From contig CM059440.1 of the NCBI GenBank assembly GCA_030390025.1, positions 52,142,001 through 52,206,000 on the forward strand: a DNA stretch of 64,000 nucleotides, written 5' to 3'. Of this stretch, positions 1 to 12,790 are shown one piece after another. Each line of letters opens with the position of its first letter. The first letter of the stretch is position 1. A program made the position numbers and the translations under genes. The notes beneath the pieces were generated by a model. The model was not told the origin of the DNA. It made no database searches and worked only from the letters and a program-made list of their open reading frames with translations. The stretch is from Squalus acanthias. Taxonomy: Eukaryota.

Positions 1-2220
1 GTTTATTGTGATATACTTATTGGTCGTGCATTGTAAGAGAGGCAAACGCCTCACCAAGAACGAAAACACGGGAGAGTGGCGAGAACGTTACGGGCGCGTG
101 CACGATGAAAGCACCGCGTAAACAGACAAAATGGCGTCACTCCAGTTTTCCACGTGCGCCTCGGAAGTGTTGTAATCGATCGTGATTTTTCTCAGAAACT
201 GTAATTAAGTTTGGAACTCTACATGTTTAAGAGTTGGTTTTGATTATTTTGATTTGGTGTTGTTGAATATGATTGTTTGGTTGGTTTTTGTTTTCTTTTT
301 TCCTTGAATAAAAAATATGCATATGCAGGTGGTGCGAGAGGCATCGGCCTGGTTACACCTGGAAGGAAATACACGCGGTGTAAGTTAAAGGCAAATGCTG
401 CCTACGGTGTTATAAGAATGTAGTTTTCCTGGGAAATAAGGACGACACGGAGACCCTAGATAGTTTTTAAGTTATGGGAATTTTTGGATGTGGAGAATCG
501 AGATAATATTGCTCACCACAATATTTTTGATACGATAAGCGGAGTTATTCGCATCAACAGGAGGGACTGTAGAATTCGCAAAATTATCGCGATTTTATAA
601 AATAAGAAGGAGACATAAAGTTTCGTACAAACAGCTTTATTTCAGCAGAATGCTGTCAGGTTTCAAAGCGGACACAAACAGCCTGTAAAATGGCCGCCAC
701 GCCTCGTGGCAGAACGTTCTAGACTTTCAATGGGCAGACAAGATGGCGTTCCAATAAACATTTGTGCAAGATCGTACAGGACTCAGCACATTTGAGATAA
801 TTCACAAGACATGATGGGTTTGCATTTTATACATAAATACTGGAATCGGTCTCCCAGGTGCGAATAAGGGCTATTGTACCGAGCGATCAAGAACCCATCC
901 AAAGACATTAATATGCAAAATCCCCACGACTCTACGATGAGAGAGCCGTTTGCGGGTAGTTACAGAAAGCATTTGGAAGCCCCAAAACCCCTCCAGGGAG
1001 ACTACTAGCCGGTTCCACAATGGGAGAAGTATTAACGGGTACTCAGACAGTTACAAGTATCACCGAAACCCATTAAAAACGGAGATCACCCTATACAAGA
1101 AGTTTGAGCGCCAAAACCCTGACAAAAGATAGACATTAAGATTGGGCGGGAAAAGAGGAATTACAGCACTATAACTGTAAGGTACAACCGTCCATCTCTC
1201 TCTTGCTACTCTTGCTGCTGACTGCTGCCTCTGCTTCTTCTTGCGCTTGCTGCTTTGACTCGCTGGAAGGCTGTTGAACTTTTATTCTCTTGCCTGACGG
1301 CTCTGGACTCTGATCCGCTGGGATCAACCTCGTGGCTTGCCGCGAAGATCTGTGTAGAACTGGGCTGTGAGGCCTTGAAACGGGCGCACCATCCCGAGAA
1401 GTCGGTAAACGGTGTTGGAACCGAAGGCCCGAGAGGAGATGAGATGAGATGAGATGAGATGAGAAGAGAAGAAGACGACAATACGCATCGCCACGGTCAG
1501 TAAGCCCCGACCGCGCCTGTAAGTCGAATAAACACTTCCTTGCCCAAGAAGACCCTTCTTTGAGTTTTACAACTGGTGAGGGCACAGGAAGACTCTTTTT
1601 TGAGTAGTATCGGAACTCCGAGGACAACACAGATCTTCATGACAGCAGACGGTCCAGCCTGCTAGCCGGAGCAGAAACGAGTAAACAAGTGGGGTACAGA
1701 GACCCCTGATCAGCACGTGGATAGTCAGGTGCTGCGGTAAAAACATCCGAGCAGAGTTTCGGAATTCTCCGAGTTATCACGAGTGGTGAGCATGAGTCTC
1801 GATCCTACAAATCTAGATTAGGACAGGTATTGATAGGGGAGGGTTTAAGTTTTAAGGATAAGTATAATGTGTGTCCCCTTTTACGATGTGTCATGCGCTC
1901 CTCGTTTCCCTAAAATTAGTTACATAACTGTGTGTAAGATTGTACTGTCATTAATCTGTGCTTATGACATGTATCTCGTAATCTTGAATAATCTGCAATA
2001 AAGATTTTCCATTTCGCACTATTCAACCGGGTCTACTTGAGTCTTTCTCTGCATTATTGCTCTCGCACCTAAGTCCAGTGTCAGAACCGTAAGGGCGAGT
2101 GGGTCGAACCACTCACAGGTGTCTAGTGTTATCAGGCTGGCTGGAGACCAGAACAGGCAACAAGGCCTAACCCCGCACTAGCACCCAGGCTAAGCACAGA
2201 GCCGCAGGTCACCCCTTACA
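1..2220 (+). mobile_element. Long LTR-like segment (3' part), apparently inserted in CR1 ORF1
   Basis: CpG-rich non-coding sequence with GC box (~1144), TATA-like TATAA (~1170) and AATAAA (~1528, ~1997). It ends ...CCCCTTACA at 2220, where CR1 ORF1 resumes abruptly mid-frame (ATGCGTGGCTG = (N)AWLKSWCRREGF). The left end lies outside the window. Confidence 0.45.
1436..1460 (+). repeat. (GAGAT)5 microsatellite
   Basis: Directly visible tandem pentamer. Confidence 0.9.
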
Positions 2221-5200
2221 ATGCGTGGCTGAAGAGTTGGTGCAGGAGGGAGGGCTTTAGTTTCCTGGATCACTGAGTCTGCTTCTGGGGAAGGTGGGAC
2301 CTGTACAAGTCGGACGGGTTGCACCTGAACCAGAACAGGACCAACATCCTTGCGAGGAGGTTTTCTCGCACTGTTGGCAGGGGTTTTGGGGGGGGGGGGG
2401 GGAAAGGGGGGGTGGTTAAACTAACTTGTCAGGGGGAATGGGATACGGAGTGGAGCTATAGTAGCGGGTGATGCACAGCCAAATATAGAGGAAAAAACAA
2501 GTCAGCCTGGAAGGCAGAGCAAATATGTAACAGCACAAGGGAGTATGGCAAGGCTGTATGGCATTTATTTTAATGCAAGGAGTCTTGCGAGTAAGGCAGA
2601 TGAATTGAAGGTGTTGATGAACACATGGGAGTATGATATTGTTGCTATCACAGAGACATGGTTGAGGGAGGGGCAGGACTGGCAACTCAATATTCCAGGG
2701 TATAGAATCTTCAGGCGAGACAGAGGGGGTTGTAAAAGAGGAGGGGGTGTCGCAATATTAATCAAGGAGTCAATTACTGCTGTAAGGAGGGATGATATCT
2801 TAGCAGGTTCCTCTAATGAGGCCATATGGGTAGAACTTAAAAACAAAAAGGGGGCAAGCACTTTGCTAGGAGTGTACTACAGGCCCCCAAACAGTCAGGG
2901 GGAGATAGAGGAACAGATATGCAGACAAATCTCAGAAGTGTAGAAATAATAGGGTAATAATAGTAGGGGATTTCAACTTCCTCAATATTAACTGGGATAG
3001 TCAGAGTGTGAAAGACTTAGAGGGTGCGGAATTCTTAAAGTGCATCCAGGAGAGCTTTTTGAGCCAGCATGTAGAAAGTCCAACAACAGAGGGGCGGTAC
3101 TGGACCTAATTCTAGGGAATGTAGCCGGGCAAGTGGTAGAAGTGTCAGTCGGAGAGCATTTTGGTGAGAGTGATCATAATTCGGTGAGATTTAAGATAGT
3201 CACGGAAAAGGACAAAGATGGACCGGAAATAAAGGTTCTAAATTGGGGGAAGGCCGATTTTAATATGATAAGGCAGGATCTGGCCAAAGTGGACTGGGAT
3301 CAGCTACTTGTAGGAGAATCCACATCAGAGCAGTGGGAGTCTTTCAGAAAGGAAATAGAGAGAGTACAACGTCAACATTTATCCCGTAAAGGTCAAGGGT
3401 GGGACCAACAAGCCCAGGGAACCCTGGATGTCAAGGGATATACAAGAATGGATTAGGAAAAAATGGGAGGCTTTTGGCAGATACAAAGGACTAAAAACAG
3501 TGGAAGCCCTCGAGGAGTATAGAAAGTGTAGGTGGGTACTTAAAAAAGAAATTAGGAGAGCGAAGAGGGGGCATGAAAAAACAGTGGCGGCAAAATAAAG
3601 GAAAGTCCCAAAGTGTTTTATAAGTATATTAAGGGCAAGAGGATAACCAGGGAAAGAGTAGGGCCCATTAGGGACCAAAGTGGCAATCTGTGTGTAGAGC
3701 CGGGATGATGTGGGTGAGGTTTTAAATGAATATTTTGCATCTGTGTTCACTATGGAGAAGGACGATGTAGGCATAGAAATCAGGCAGGGGGATTGTGATA
3801 TACTTGAACAAATTAGTATTGAGAGGGAGGATGTACTAGCGGTTTTAGCGGGCTTAAAAGTGGATAAATCCCCAGGCCCAGACAAGATGTATCCCAGGCT
3901 GCTGTGTGAGGCAAGGGAGGAGATTGCAGGGGCTCTGACACAAATTTTCAGAACCTCTCTGGCCACAGGGGAGGTGCCAGAGGACTGGAGGACAGCTAAC
4001 GTAGTACCATTATTCAAGAAGGGTAGTAGGGATAAACCAGGAAATTACAGGCCAGTGAGCCTAACATCAGTGGTAGGGAAATTATTGGAAACATTCTGAG
4101 GGACAGAATTAGTCTCCACTTGGAGAGGCAAGGATTAATCAAGGATAGTCAGCATGGCTTTGTCAGGGGGAGATCATGTCTAACCAATTTAATTGAATTT
4201 TTCGGGGGGGTGACTACGTGTGTGGACGAGGGTAGTGCAGTTGATGTAGTCTACATGGACTTCAGTAAGGCTTTTGACAAAGTCCCGCATGGGAGACTGG
4301 TCAAGAAGGTAAGAGCCCATGGGATCCAGGGCAATTTGGCACATTGGATCCGAAATTGGCTTAGTGGCAGGAGGCAGAGGGTGATGGTCGAAGGTTGTTT
4401 TGGTGACTGGAAGCCTGTGTCCAGTGGTGTACCGCAGGGATCGGTGCTGGGTCCTTTGCTGTTTGTAGTGTACATTAATGATTTAGATATGAATGTAGGA
4501 GGTATGATCAGTAAGTTCGCAGATGACACGAAAATTGGTGGAGTGGTAAATAGCGAGGAGGGAAGCCTCAGGCTACAGGACGATGTAGACGGGTTGGTCA
4601 GATGAGCAGAACAGTGGCAAATTGAATTTAACCCTGAAAAGTGTGAGGTGATGCATTTTGGGAGGACTAACAAGGCAAGGGAATACACAATGAATGGTAG
4701 GACCCTAGGAAGGACAGAGGATCAGAGGGACCTTGGTGTGCACGTACATAGATCCCTGAAGGCAGCAGGACAGGTAGATAAGGTGGTTATAAAGGCATAT
4801 GGGATACCCGAGGCATAGAACATAAGAGCAGGGAGGTTATGATGGAGCTGTACAAAACACTAGTTAGGCCACAGCTGGAATACTGTGTGCAGTTCTGGTC
4901 GCCACACTATAGGAAGGATGTGATTGCATTGGAGAGGGTGCAGAAGAGATTCACCAGGATGTTACCTGGGCTGGAACGCTTCAGCTATGAAAAGAGACTG
5001 GACAGGCTGGGGTTGTTTTCCTTAGAGCAGAGAAGGCTGAGGTGGACCTGATTGAGGTGTACAAAATTATATGGGGCATAGATAGGGTAGATAGAAAGGA
5101 ACTTTTCCCCTTAGTAGAGGGGTCAATAACCAGGGGGCATAGTTTCAAGGTAAGGGGCAGGAGGTTTAGAGGGGATTTGAGGAAAAACTTTTTCATCCAG

Positions 5201-5423
5201 AGGGTGGTTGGAATCTGGAACTGACTGCCTGAAAGGGTGGTAGAGGCAGGAACCCTCAACATTCAAGAAGCATTTAGATGAGCACTTGAAATGCCATAGC
5301 ATACAAGGCTACGGACCGAGTGCTGGAAAATGGGATTAGAATAGATAGGGCTTGATGGCCGGCGCGGACATGATGGGCCGAAGGGCCTCTTTCTGTGCGT
5401 ATAACTCTGACTCTATGACTCTG
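2221..5423 (+). mobile_element. CR1 LINE (end of ORF1 esterase plus disrupted ORF2 endonuclease/RT), with 3' tail
   Basis: APE motifs (YFNARSL, AITETWL, GVYYRPPN) and RT motifs ([37 protein letters not shown]) split by stops and frameshifts; 3' tail ACTCTGACTCTATGACTCTGA. Confidence 0.95.
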
Positions 5424-5899
5424 AGTAAAATGCGATCTTTTGAATCCCCTTCAACAGACAGGCTGCGGTTTAATATCTCATGTAAATGAACCCACTAGTG
5501 ATGAAGTGGCACCTCGTCAGCACTGCACTAAAATGTCAGAAGAGTGTGCTCAATTTGTGATGTGGCGCATGAAACTATATCTTTTTGTAGGAAAGAGTGC
5601 GACTACTGAATGATGATGGAGTGGAGGGGGAGGAGGGGAGCGACAAAGACACAAGCCTGGAGGTTACGTGGGCAGCACTTCCACCTACCACTCAGGTCTG
5701 CCATTGACCCTGTCCCCAATCCAAGAGACTCCCACGGTCTCTGCTAAATCGATACAAGGAATGGCAAATCAAAATGAACCTGCAAAGTGCTGCTCAGTAC
5801 CCAAAACTCCTTCACACAACGTTGAATCTCTCTAGAAGTCTCTCCCTCTCTCTCTCAGAATGCGTAGTTCCAAAATGCCACCAACAATAAAAGACAGGA

Positions 5900-6228
5900 A
5901 GAGGCCCCCTTTAAATAGCGCCCCCCCCAGCCCCACAGCGATTGATAGCGTTCCAGTCTTCTGGTCGTTGGAAGCGCCAGGCGGTAAGGCAGGGGGCGCC
6001 ACTCAATTTCCGCTACGGGGCGCCCCAAGGGCGTTGCACCATGGAATGACGTCACAATCTGCGCGCGCAGGTGGTCGCAGCGGTAAGTTTTAGCGCCGCC
6101 GCACAATCTCAAGTTAAGTTCTCGAGCGGCGCAAACATCGCTGCGCCCGGGCGTTAGCGGCTTTGCGCCCCATTAGCGCCCTCTTAAGGCGCTAACGGGT
6201 GGCGCAACCAAGTGAATTTTTACCCCAG
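5900..6228. mobile_element. GC-rich MITE-like fragment
   Basis: CpG-rich block ending AATTTTTACCCC, resembling the termini of the TIR elements elsewhere in the window; no left TIR found. Confidence 0.35.
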
Positions 6229-6584
6229 GGTCTTTTAAATATTCACAGTGGCTGCCACACCAGGAGCAGCAGTGCCTCACCTCACTGAGGCACAACTTGG
6301 AGCAGAACCAAAGGCTTAAAATTGGCCAAAGATAAGGGAATTGAGGCAGCTTGAAGTTAAATCAATCCCAAAGGATTCTTGAGTAGCGCAGGAATGTTCA
6401 CGCAAATTGATTTGGACGTAATGGGACTGTGGGCCGAAGGAACAACTGCGACCTCTGGAGCTCAATTTGCCAGAGAAGGTATCAGAGTTCCATACCAAAT
6501 TTTCTCCCTCTCTCTGCCAAGCCCACCCCCACAACATGCAATTCTGCTTACCACTTTGGAATTTCTACCCTTTACAAACCATCT

Positions 6585-6860
6585 GCTCTCAGGTGAATGT
6601 AAAAGATCCCACAGCACTATTTGGAGGAAGAGCAGGGGGAGTTCTCCCCGGTGTCCTAGGGCCAATATTGACCCATCAATCAACATCACTAAAACAGATT
6701 ATCTGGTCATTATCACATTGCTGTTTGTGGGAGCTTGCTGTGCGCAAATTGGCTGCTGCATTTCAACAGTGACTACACTTCAAAAAGTGCTTCATTGGCT
6801 GTAAAGCACGCTAGGACATCCCAAAAGGCGCTATATAAATGAAAGTCTTTCTCTTCTCTC
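6585..6860 (+). mobile_element. Deu-type SINE, 3' part
   Basis: Matches the body and tail of the full copy at 12791-13230. Confidence 0.8.
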
Positions 6861-7084
6861 GTGATGCTTAACCACATGACATTTGTCCACTATTTACAAA
6901 TGTTATTGAATTTACCTCAATCACCAACCACCCCTCTCCATAAAATACTTCACACTTTTTTTTTATACATCATATTCTCATCTCACTATAAATAAAACAC
7001 AAACGAATAGAAAGAAAGATTTAAAGGTAAGTAATGGATGGAAGCATCCGACACCGAGCCCAGTGGCCGGGACCCCGGTACCCC

Positions 7085-7200
7085 ACTTACCTCACACGAA
7101 CGAACGCTCGCGCTCACTCTCGCTCTCTCTCTCCGCGCTCTCTCCTGCACTACACCCACCACCGCTCTCTTAAACTGTCGGCCTGCAGCGTCATCCCGAG
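7085..7200 (-). promoter_or_regulatory. Candidate CpG-rich promoter and non-coding first exon with donor site
   Basis: GAG|GTAAGT donor at 7091/7090 on the minus strand, TTTAAGAGAGCGG just upstream, and a 14-mer shared with the gene A promoter. Confidence 0.35.
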
Positions 7201-7319
7201 AAGATAGATGCGCCAGATACCGCCCCCACAAGCAGAGAGCAGGAGTGTCAGGGAATGGTTAAAGCTAAGACAGACCTGCCCTAATCGAAAGTCATACATT
7301 ACCACAGGTTCTTTAGAAA

Positions 7320-7465
7320 AAAAGACAGACCTGCATTTATATAGCGCTTTCACGACCACCGGACGTCTCGAAGCACTTTACAGCCACTTTTTTTTTGGAG
7401 TGGAGTCACTGTTGTAATGTGGGGAAACGAGGCAGCCAATTTGTGCACAGCAAGCTCCCACAAAC
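7320..7465 (-). mobile_element. Deu-type SINE 3' fragment
   Basis: Reverse complement of the SINE tail (GCATTTATATAGCGC...CAAGCTCCCACAAAC). Confidence 0.75.
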
Positions 7466-7519
7466 ACCCCCTTTAGGATTGTACCCTTTAGTTTATATTG
7501 CCTCTCCTCATTCTACCAA

Positions 7520-7940
7520 AATATATAAGGCCAGATCTAGGTTAGATACCAGGAGATGGTTCTATTCCCAGAGAGTAGTGGACCTCTGGAACAGGCTGCT
7601 GTCACGCGCGGTGGACTCTGATTCGCTGAATTCCTTCCAGCGAGAGCTGGACCTGTTTCTGGCTGGGGCGGAGATCACCTCTTACAGAAGGTAGGCACTG
7701 CAGGGAATTCAGGGCCAAAGTGATCTCCTGGACTAGTTTCATCACCTAGATGGGTTGGAGAGGAATTTCCCAGATTTTTTCCCCCAAATTGGCCTGGGTT
7801 TTTATGTTTTTTTGCCTCTCCCAGGAGATCACATGGTTTCGGGTGGGGTGGAGAGTGTATATATTGTGATACACAAGGTATCGCAATTGTGTGGGACAGG
7901 CAGGATGGACCAGAGGGTCTTTACCTGTCCGTCATTGTAC
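7520..7940 (+). mobile_element. CR1-like 3' fragment
   Basis: Encodes RLDTRRWFYSQRVVDLWN, the CR1 ORF2 C-terminal motif, followed by a 3' UTR and short tandem tail. Confidence 0.75.
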
Positions 7941-8010
7941 GTATGTCGTATGTTCGTATGAGGAAGGATGGGAGAAGACTCGAGTGGAACATGAACCCCG
8001 GCATGGACTG

Positions 8011-8548
8011 TGAAAGGGCGAAAGAAGATGTCTGGGGGTTGGTGTGTAGTGGTGGTGCATGGTGGGGATTTAGCTCTGTGCCGGGGGTGGTCGGGAGAGG
8101 CGGTGTATAGCATTACCTCACATAATCGCGTAACTGGGCTGGCTACAAGATATAATCAAAAACATAGAAATGCAAATGTTGCAAGACAAAGGGGATGCTC
8201 AAGATGTGTAACCATCCTAGAAACCAGACGGCCTAACAATATCCCAAGGACATTAAGTAGATCAGGAAGCAGACACAAAGTCAACGATTCTTGGGACTGG
8301 GACAAAGGGCCAGTAAACAAATGCTGACGAGATAAAAACTGATGTTATAACGCAGAACATTCTAGAAGGTAGGCGGGAACAATGTATAGCACATCAAACT
8401 GTATGTACAAATATCTACTAACTGCTGTAACAATTCGGAGAAGCTTGACGAAGGCACAAGCAGGCTGTCTCCCCACCGGTGCGAATAAAGGCTGTTTGGA
8501 CTCTCGATCTCGGACTTGTGTTGAGTGATTTGAAATTACTCCACAACA
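8011..8548 (+). mobile_element. Solo LTR (538 bp) with 5-bp TSD GACTG
   Basis: Begins TGAAAG and ends CAACA. GACTG flanks both sides (8006-8010 and 8549-8553) and AATAAA is at 8484-8489. It interrupts a CR1-type 3' tail that resumes exactly after the TSD. Confidence 0.85.
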
Positions 8549-8594
8549 GACTGGTTGGGCCAAATGGCCTGTTTCTGTGCTGTATATTCTATTT

Positions 8595-9560
8595 AATGGC
8601 TGTTTCTCGGACTGGAGGGAGGTGTACAGTGGAGTTCCCCCGGGTTCAGTACTAGGACCACTGCTGTTTATGATAGACATTAATGACTTGGACTTGGGGG
8701 TATAGGGCACAATTTCAACATTTGCAGATGATACAAAACTTGGAAGTGTAGTAAACAATCAGGAGGATAGTAATAGACTTAAAAAGGACACAGACAGGCT
8801 GGTGGAATGGGTGGACTCACGGCAGATGAAATTCAACACACAAAAGATACATTTTGGTAGGAAGAATGAGGAGAGACAATAGCTGGGGGACCAGCAAGGC
8901 CCAGACAATGCGAATTGGCTGCTAGCCACGACAGCCAGGATACTGCGGGTGCGCAAACCGCGCATACACGGACTGTTTCTCCCGAGTCACCAGCAGCAAT
9001 GTTTCAGAGACCAATCACCCATTCCGATAGATAGCGGGAGGGCTGGGAACCCTACACCACCCTTTGTGTAAAGAAATTCCTCCTAAATTCTTTTTTTGAT
9101 CAGTTAGTGGCTATCTTATATTGATATCCCATTGTTCTTGACTCACCCACAAGTGGAAGCAATTTTTCCACATCTACCCTATCATAGGAACAGGAGGAGG
9201 CCATTCAGCCCATCGAGCCTATTCCGCCATTCAATTCGATCTTGGCTGATCAGCACCTCAAATCCATTTGCTCCATAATCCTTTAGATGTTTACCGAATA
9301 AAAATCTATCAATCTCAGTGTTTAAAATTTCAGTTGACCCAGCATTCACAGTCTTTTGGGAGAACAAGTTCCAGATCCACCACCCTTTGTGTGGAAAAAG
9401 TGCTTCCTGATTTCACTCCTAAATGGCCTGGCTCTAAATTTAAGATTGTGCCTCTTGTTCTGGATTCCCCCATCCTCGTGAATCTTTTTTGGCACTTTCT
9501 TCAATGCTTTTTGTAGTATGGAGACCAGAACTGCACAGAATTCTCCAAGTGTGGTCTAAC
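8595..9560. mobile_element. Degraded CR1 RT/3' fragments in both orientations
   Basis: [10 protein letters not shown] and FADDTK on the + strand (8595-8880); CR1 3'-end sequence on the minus strand (~9060-9560). Confidence 0.7.
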
Positions 9561-10774
9561 CAAGGTTCTATCTACATTTAACATTACCCCCCGCCCCTTC
9601 TGTATTCTATTCCTCTAGTCCCAGTACTTTGTTCTCTTTATGGCCTCTCCCTGAATTTCTGTCAATGTTGCTCTGCTCCTCTCTAATTCTCTCTGAATTT
9701 CTGTAATCCATTCTGCTCTGCTTCCACTGGCTAATTCTTTCTGTCTCTCTCTGAATTTCTGTCTGCTTTTCTCTTTCTTCATGTGTAAGGCATGTACCCA
9801 GGAATTTAGGAAGATTTGTGCACGAAAATGTTATCAGTTATACAAGAACAAACAGCGGCTTTGTTTACTCTGTTGTAAAAGATGGGGCTGATAACACGAT
9901 GGTGCGTCCTTCCTGGGGAAAATGAGGTGTGGCGCCTTCCAAATACCTGAGGTGCTTGGCTTGTGTAAATATGGTGGTGAGTCAGAGCGGGCTGGGCACC
10001 AGTGCACAAGTTGTGCCCGAGGCTCAATAGGCTCCTGATTTCTTTTTTTAATTATGCAGCTGGTGTGCCTGAGCAGCGCCACAACTGCACAGCGCAACCG
10101 AACGGGCATTGGAGGAGAGGTCACCGTGGAAAACTCTAAAAACAACCTGCCCTCCTCCCCCGTCACCACCATCCCAATCCCGGCCACCCTGGCAACAACG
10201 CCCCGGTGCTCCTGAAACTGGCTCCGGGGAATTGCCCCAGCACACAGAGCAGCAGGCAGTCCTTCACTGGTGCTGCCATCCCGCAGTGTAGCTCGGCCAC
10301 TCCTGGAGCAGTGCGGGTGATTCCGTTTCGAAGCCACATTACCTGCCCCCTTGTTGTAGCCCCGAGCTCACTCTTATCGGCTGTTAATAGTAAATATTGC
10401 TCCGTTCCACTCCTTCAACACTCTGATATTTAAATAGCAACTGTTCCTCCCAATTCCCGTCCAGGCTCCCACTGCTGATTTTTAAATTGATTTTTTGTCT
10501 GTTTATCCTGCGTGGGCAGGCTGCAATTTGAAATTAGCAGCAGGAGATGGAACCTAAATCAGGAGAGCTGCCATTTAACGATCACAGCAATAGTGGAGCA
10601 GAGCACATTACTGTCTGTCAACTGTTGTCTACTTCACTCCTCCAGGGCAGTGATATACAAGTGGCAAAGTGATGTAAGACTAGAATGGAGGATCAACTTT
10701 CACCCAAAATACAAACACGTGCAGAAGAAACAGGGTGGTTTGTGGTTGATTTGCATTTTATCCCCTACAGCTTT

Positions 10775-11625
10775 TTTTATGGGATGTGGGCGACACTGGC
10801 AAGGCCAGCATTTATTGTCCATCCCAGACTAGCAGCCATGTCCTTCAGGACTCAGCCAGCAGCGGTGCTACCGAGCCACTCTTGGTGATGGACATTGAAG
10901 TCCCCCACCCAGAGTACATTCTGTGCCCTTGCTACTCTCAGTGCTTCTTCGCAGTGCTGTTCAACATGGAGGAGTACTGCTTCATCAGCTGGGGGAGGGC
11001 GGTCATCAGCAGAGGGTTTCCTTGCCCTTGCTTGACCTGAAGCCATGAGACTTCATGGGGTCCGGAGTCAATGTTGAAGACTCCCAGGGCCACTCCTTCC
11101 CGACTGTATACCACTGTGCCACCACCCCTGGTGGGTCTGTCCTGCCGGGGGGACAGGACATACCCAGGAATGGTGATGGAGGAGTTTGAGATGTTGGCTG
11201 AAAGGTATGATTCTGTGAGTATGACTATGTCAGGCTATTGCTTGACTAGTCTGTGGGACAGCTCTCTCAATTTTGGCACAAGTCCCCAGATGTTGGTGAG
11301 GAGGACTTTGCAGGGTTGACTGGGCTGGGTGTGCCGTTGCCGTGTCCATAGCCGGTGGTGCCGAGGTCGATGCTGGATGGTCCGTCCGGTTTCATTTTTA
11401 TTATTTTGTTTCGTAGCGGTTTCTTACAACTGATTTCAGAGGGCAGTTAAGAGTCAACCACATTACTGTGTGTCTGGAGTCACATATAGGCCAGACCGGG
11501 TAAGGTCGGCAGATTTCCTTTCCTAAAGGACATTAATGAACTAGATGGGTTTTTATGACAATCCGACAGTTTCATGGTTACCATTACTGATACTAGCTTT
11601 TTTTACTCCAGATGTATTTAATTAA
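10775..11625 (-). mobile_element. Fragments of a second (non-canonical CR1/L2-group) LINE family and its tail
   Basis: Endonuclease motif VLWVGDFNVHHQEWLGS on the minus strand; GGCAATAAATGCTGGCCTTGCC-type tail near 10790-10830. Confidence 0.7.
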
Positions 11626-12049
11626 CTGGAGCTCAATTTGCCAGAGAGGGTGCAGAGTGTATCAGAGGTCCATGCCAAATTTTCTCTCTCTACCCCACCC
11701 CACCACAACAAGCAATTCTGCTTACCACTTTGGGATTTCTACCCTTTACAAACCAATACAGTATATGGGATGAGGCATGATAATTTGCCTCTTTCCCCCA
11801 GTCTATCCCACCAGGACACAGTGATTTTCTACCTTAACTGAGCAACAGAACACGCTACAGTAATGGCAAATTACTACAGGAGAAGGAGTGACTATGCATG
11901 CCCTATGCACATTAGTAACTGCATTTGGCTGCTCAGTGCTTCCTCGGTTTCTTATGGTCCTTACTGTCGTGGTTCCTGGTACTTGTCACTGAATTTTTTT
12001 TTTAAAAAGGCCACTGACCAAGTGATATTTCATCAATGATTTAGTTATA

Positions 12050-12465
12050 AGAATGACTTGTATTTATATAGCGCCTTTCACGACCACCAGATATCTCAAA
12101 GCACTTGACAGTCAATGAAATACTTTTGAAGTGGAGTCGCTGTTGTAATGTGAGAAAGTTAGTGATGGAGATAGAAACGCAGCAGCCAATTTGCACACAA
12201 GCAGCAATGTGATAATGACCAGATAACTCCCCTGCTCTTCTTCGAAATAGTGCCTTGGGATCTTTTACGTCCACCTGAGAGAACAGACGGGGCCTTGGTT
12301 TAACGTCTGATCCGAAAGACGGCACCTCCGACAGTGCAGCACTCCCTCAGCACTGCACTGGAGTGTCAGCCTGGATTTTTGTGTTCAAGTCTCTGGAGTG
12401 GGACTGTGAACCCACAACTTTCTGACTCAGAGGCAAGGGTGCTACACACTGAACCACAGCTGAGG
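12050..12465 (-). mobile_element. tRNA-derived Deu-type SINE
   Basis: Reverse complement of the 12791-13230 copy. Confidence 0.8.
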
Positions 12466-12790
12466 TATACTTCTCCTATCAGACTGTGTACAATATCAAA
12501 GGACAAGTCCAAAATGATGACAATAGCAACTGGTGTATTACTCAGCACATTGATTAAACCTCACATGCAATAGGCCCCCAGCAATGTCATCCTCTCTCCA
12601 AAGCTTGACCTGCAGGCCAGCTATCTTTTTCCCCTCCAAAAAACAGAGGGAGCAAGGTGAACAGCTTTATTTCATAATTCTGTATCTTATAGGCTACAAC
12701 AAGTAAACGATTAACCACCCCAGGACACAGCCCAACTGGGGATACCAATTCTGATTTGAAGTATTCCTGGAGATTTGATCACGTGACACA

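Noticed and set aside
950-1630. Short ORFs as viral accessory genes
   Set aside because: Low complexity, crossed by a microsatellite, no recognisable motif.
3379-4688. Long antisense ORFs over CR1 (also at 36000, 55853, 62290-63290)
   Set aside because: Recurrent antisense shadows of the CR1 RT coding sequence.
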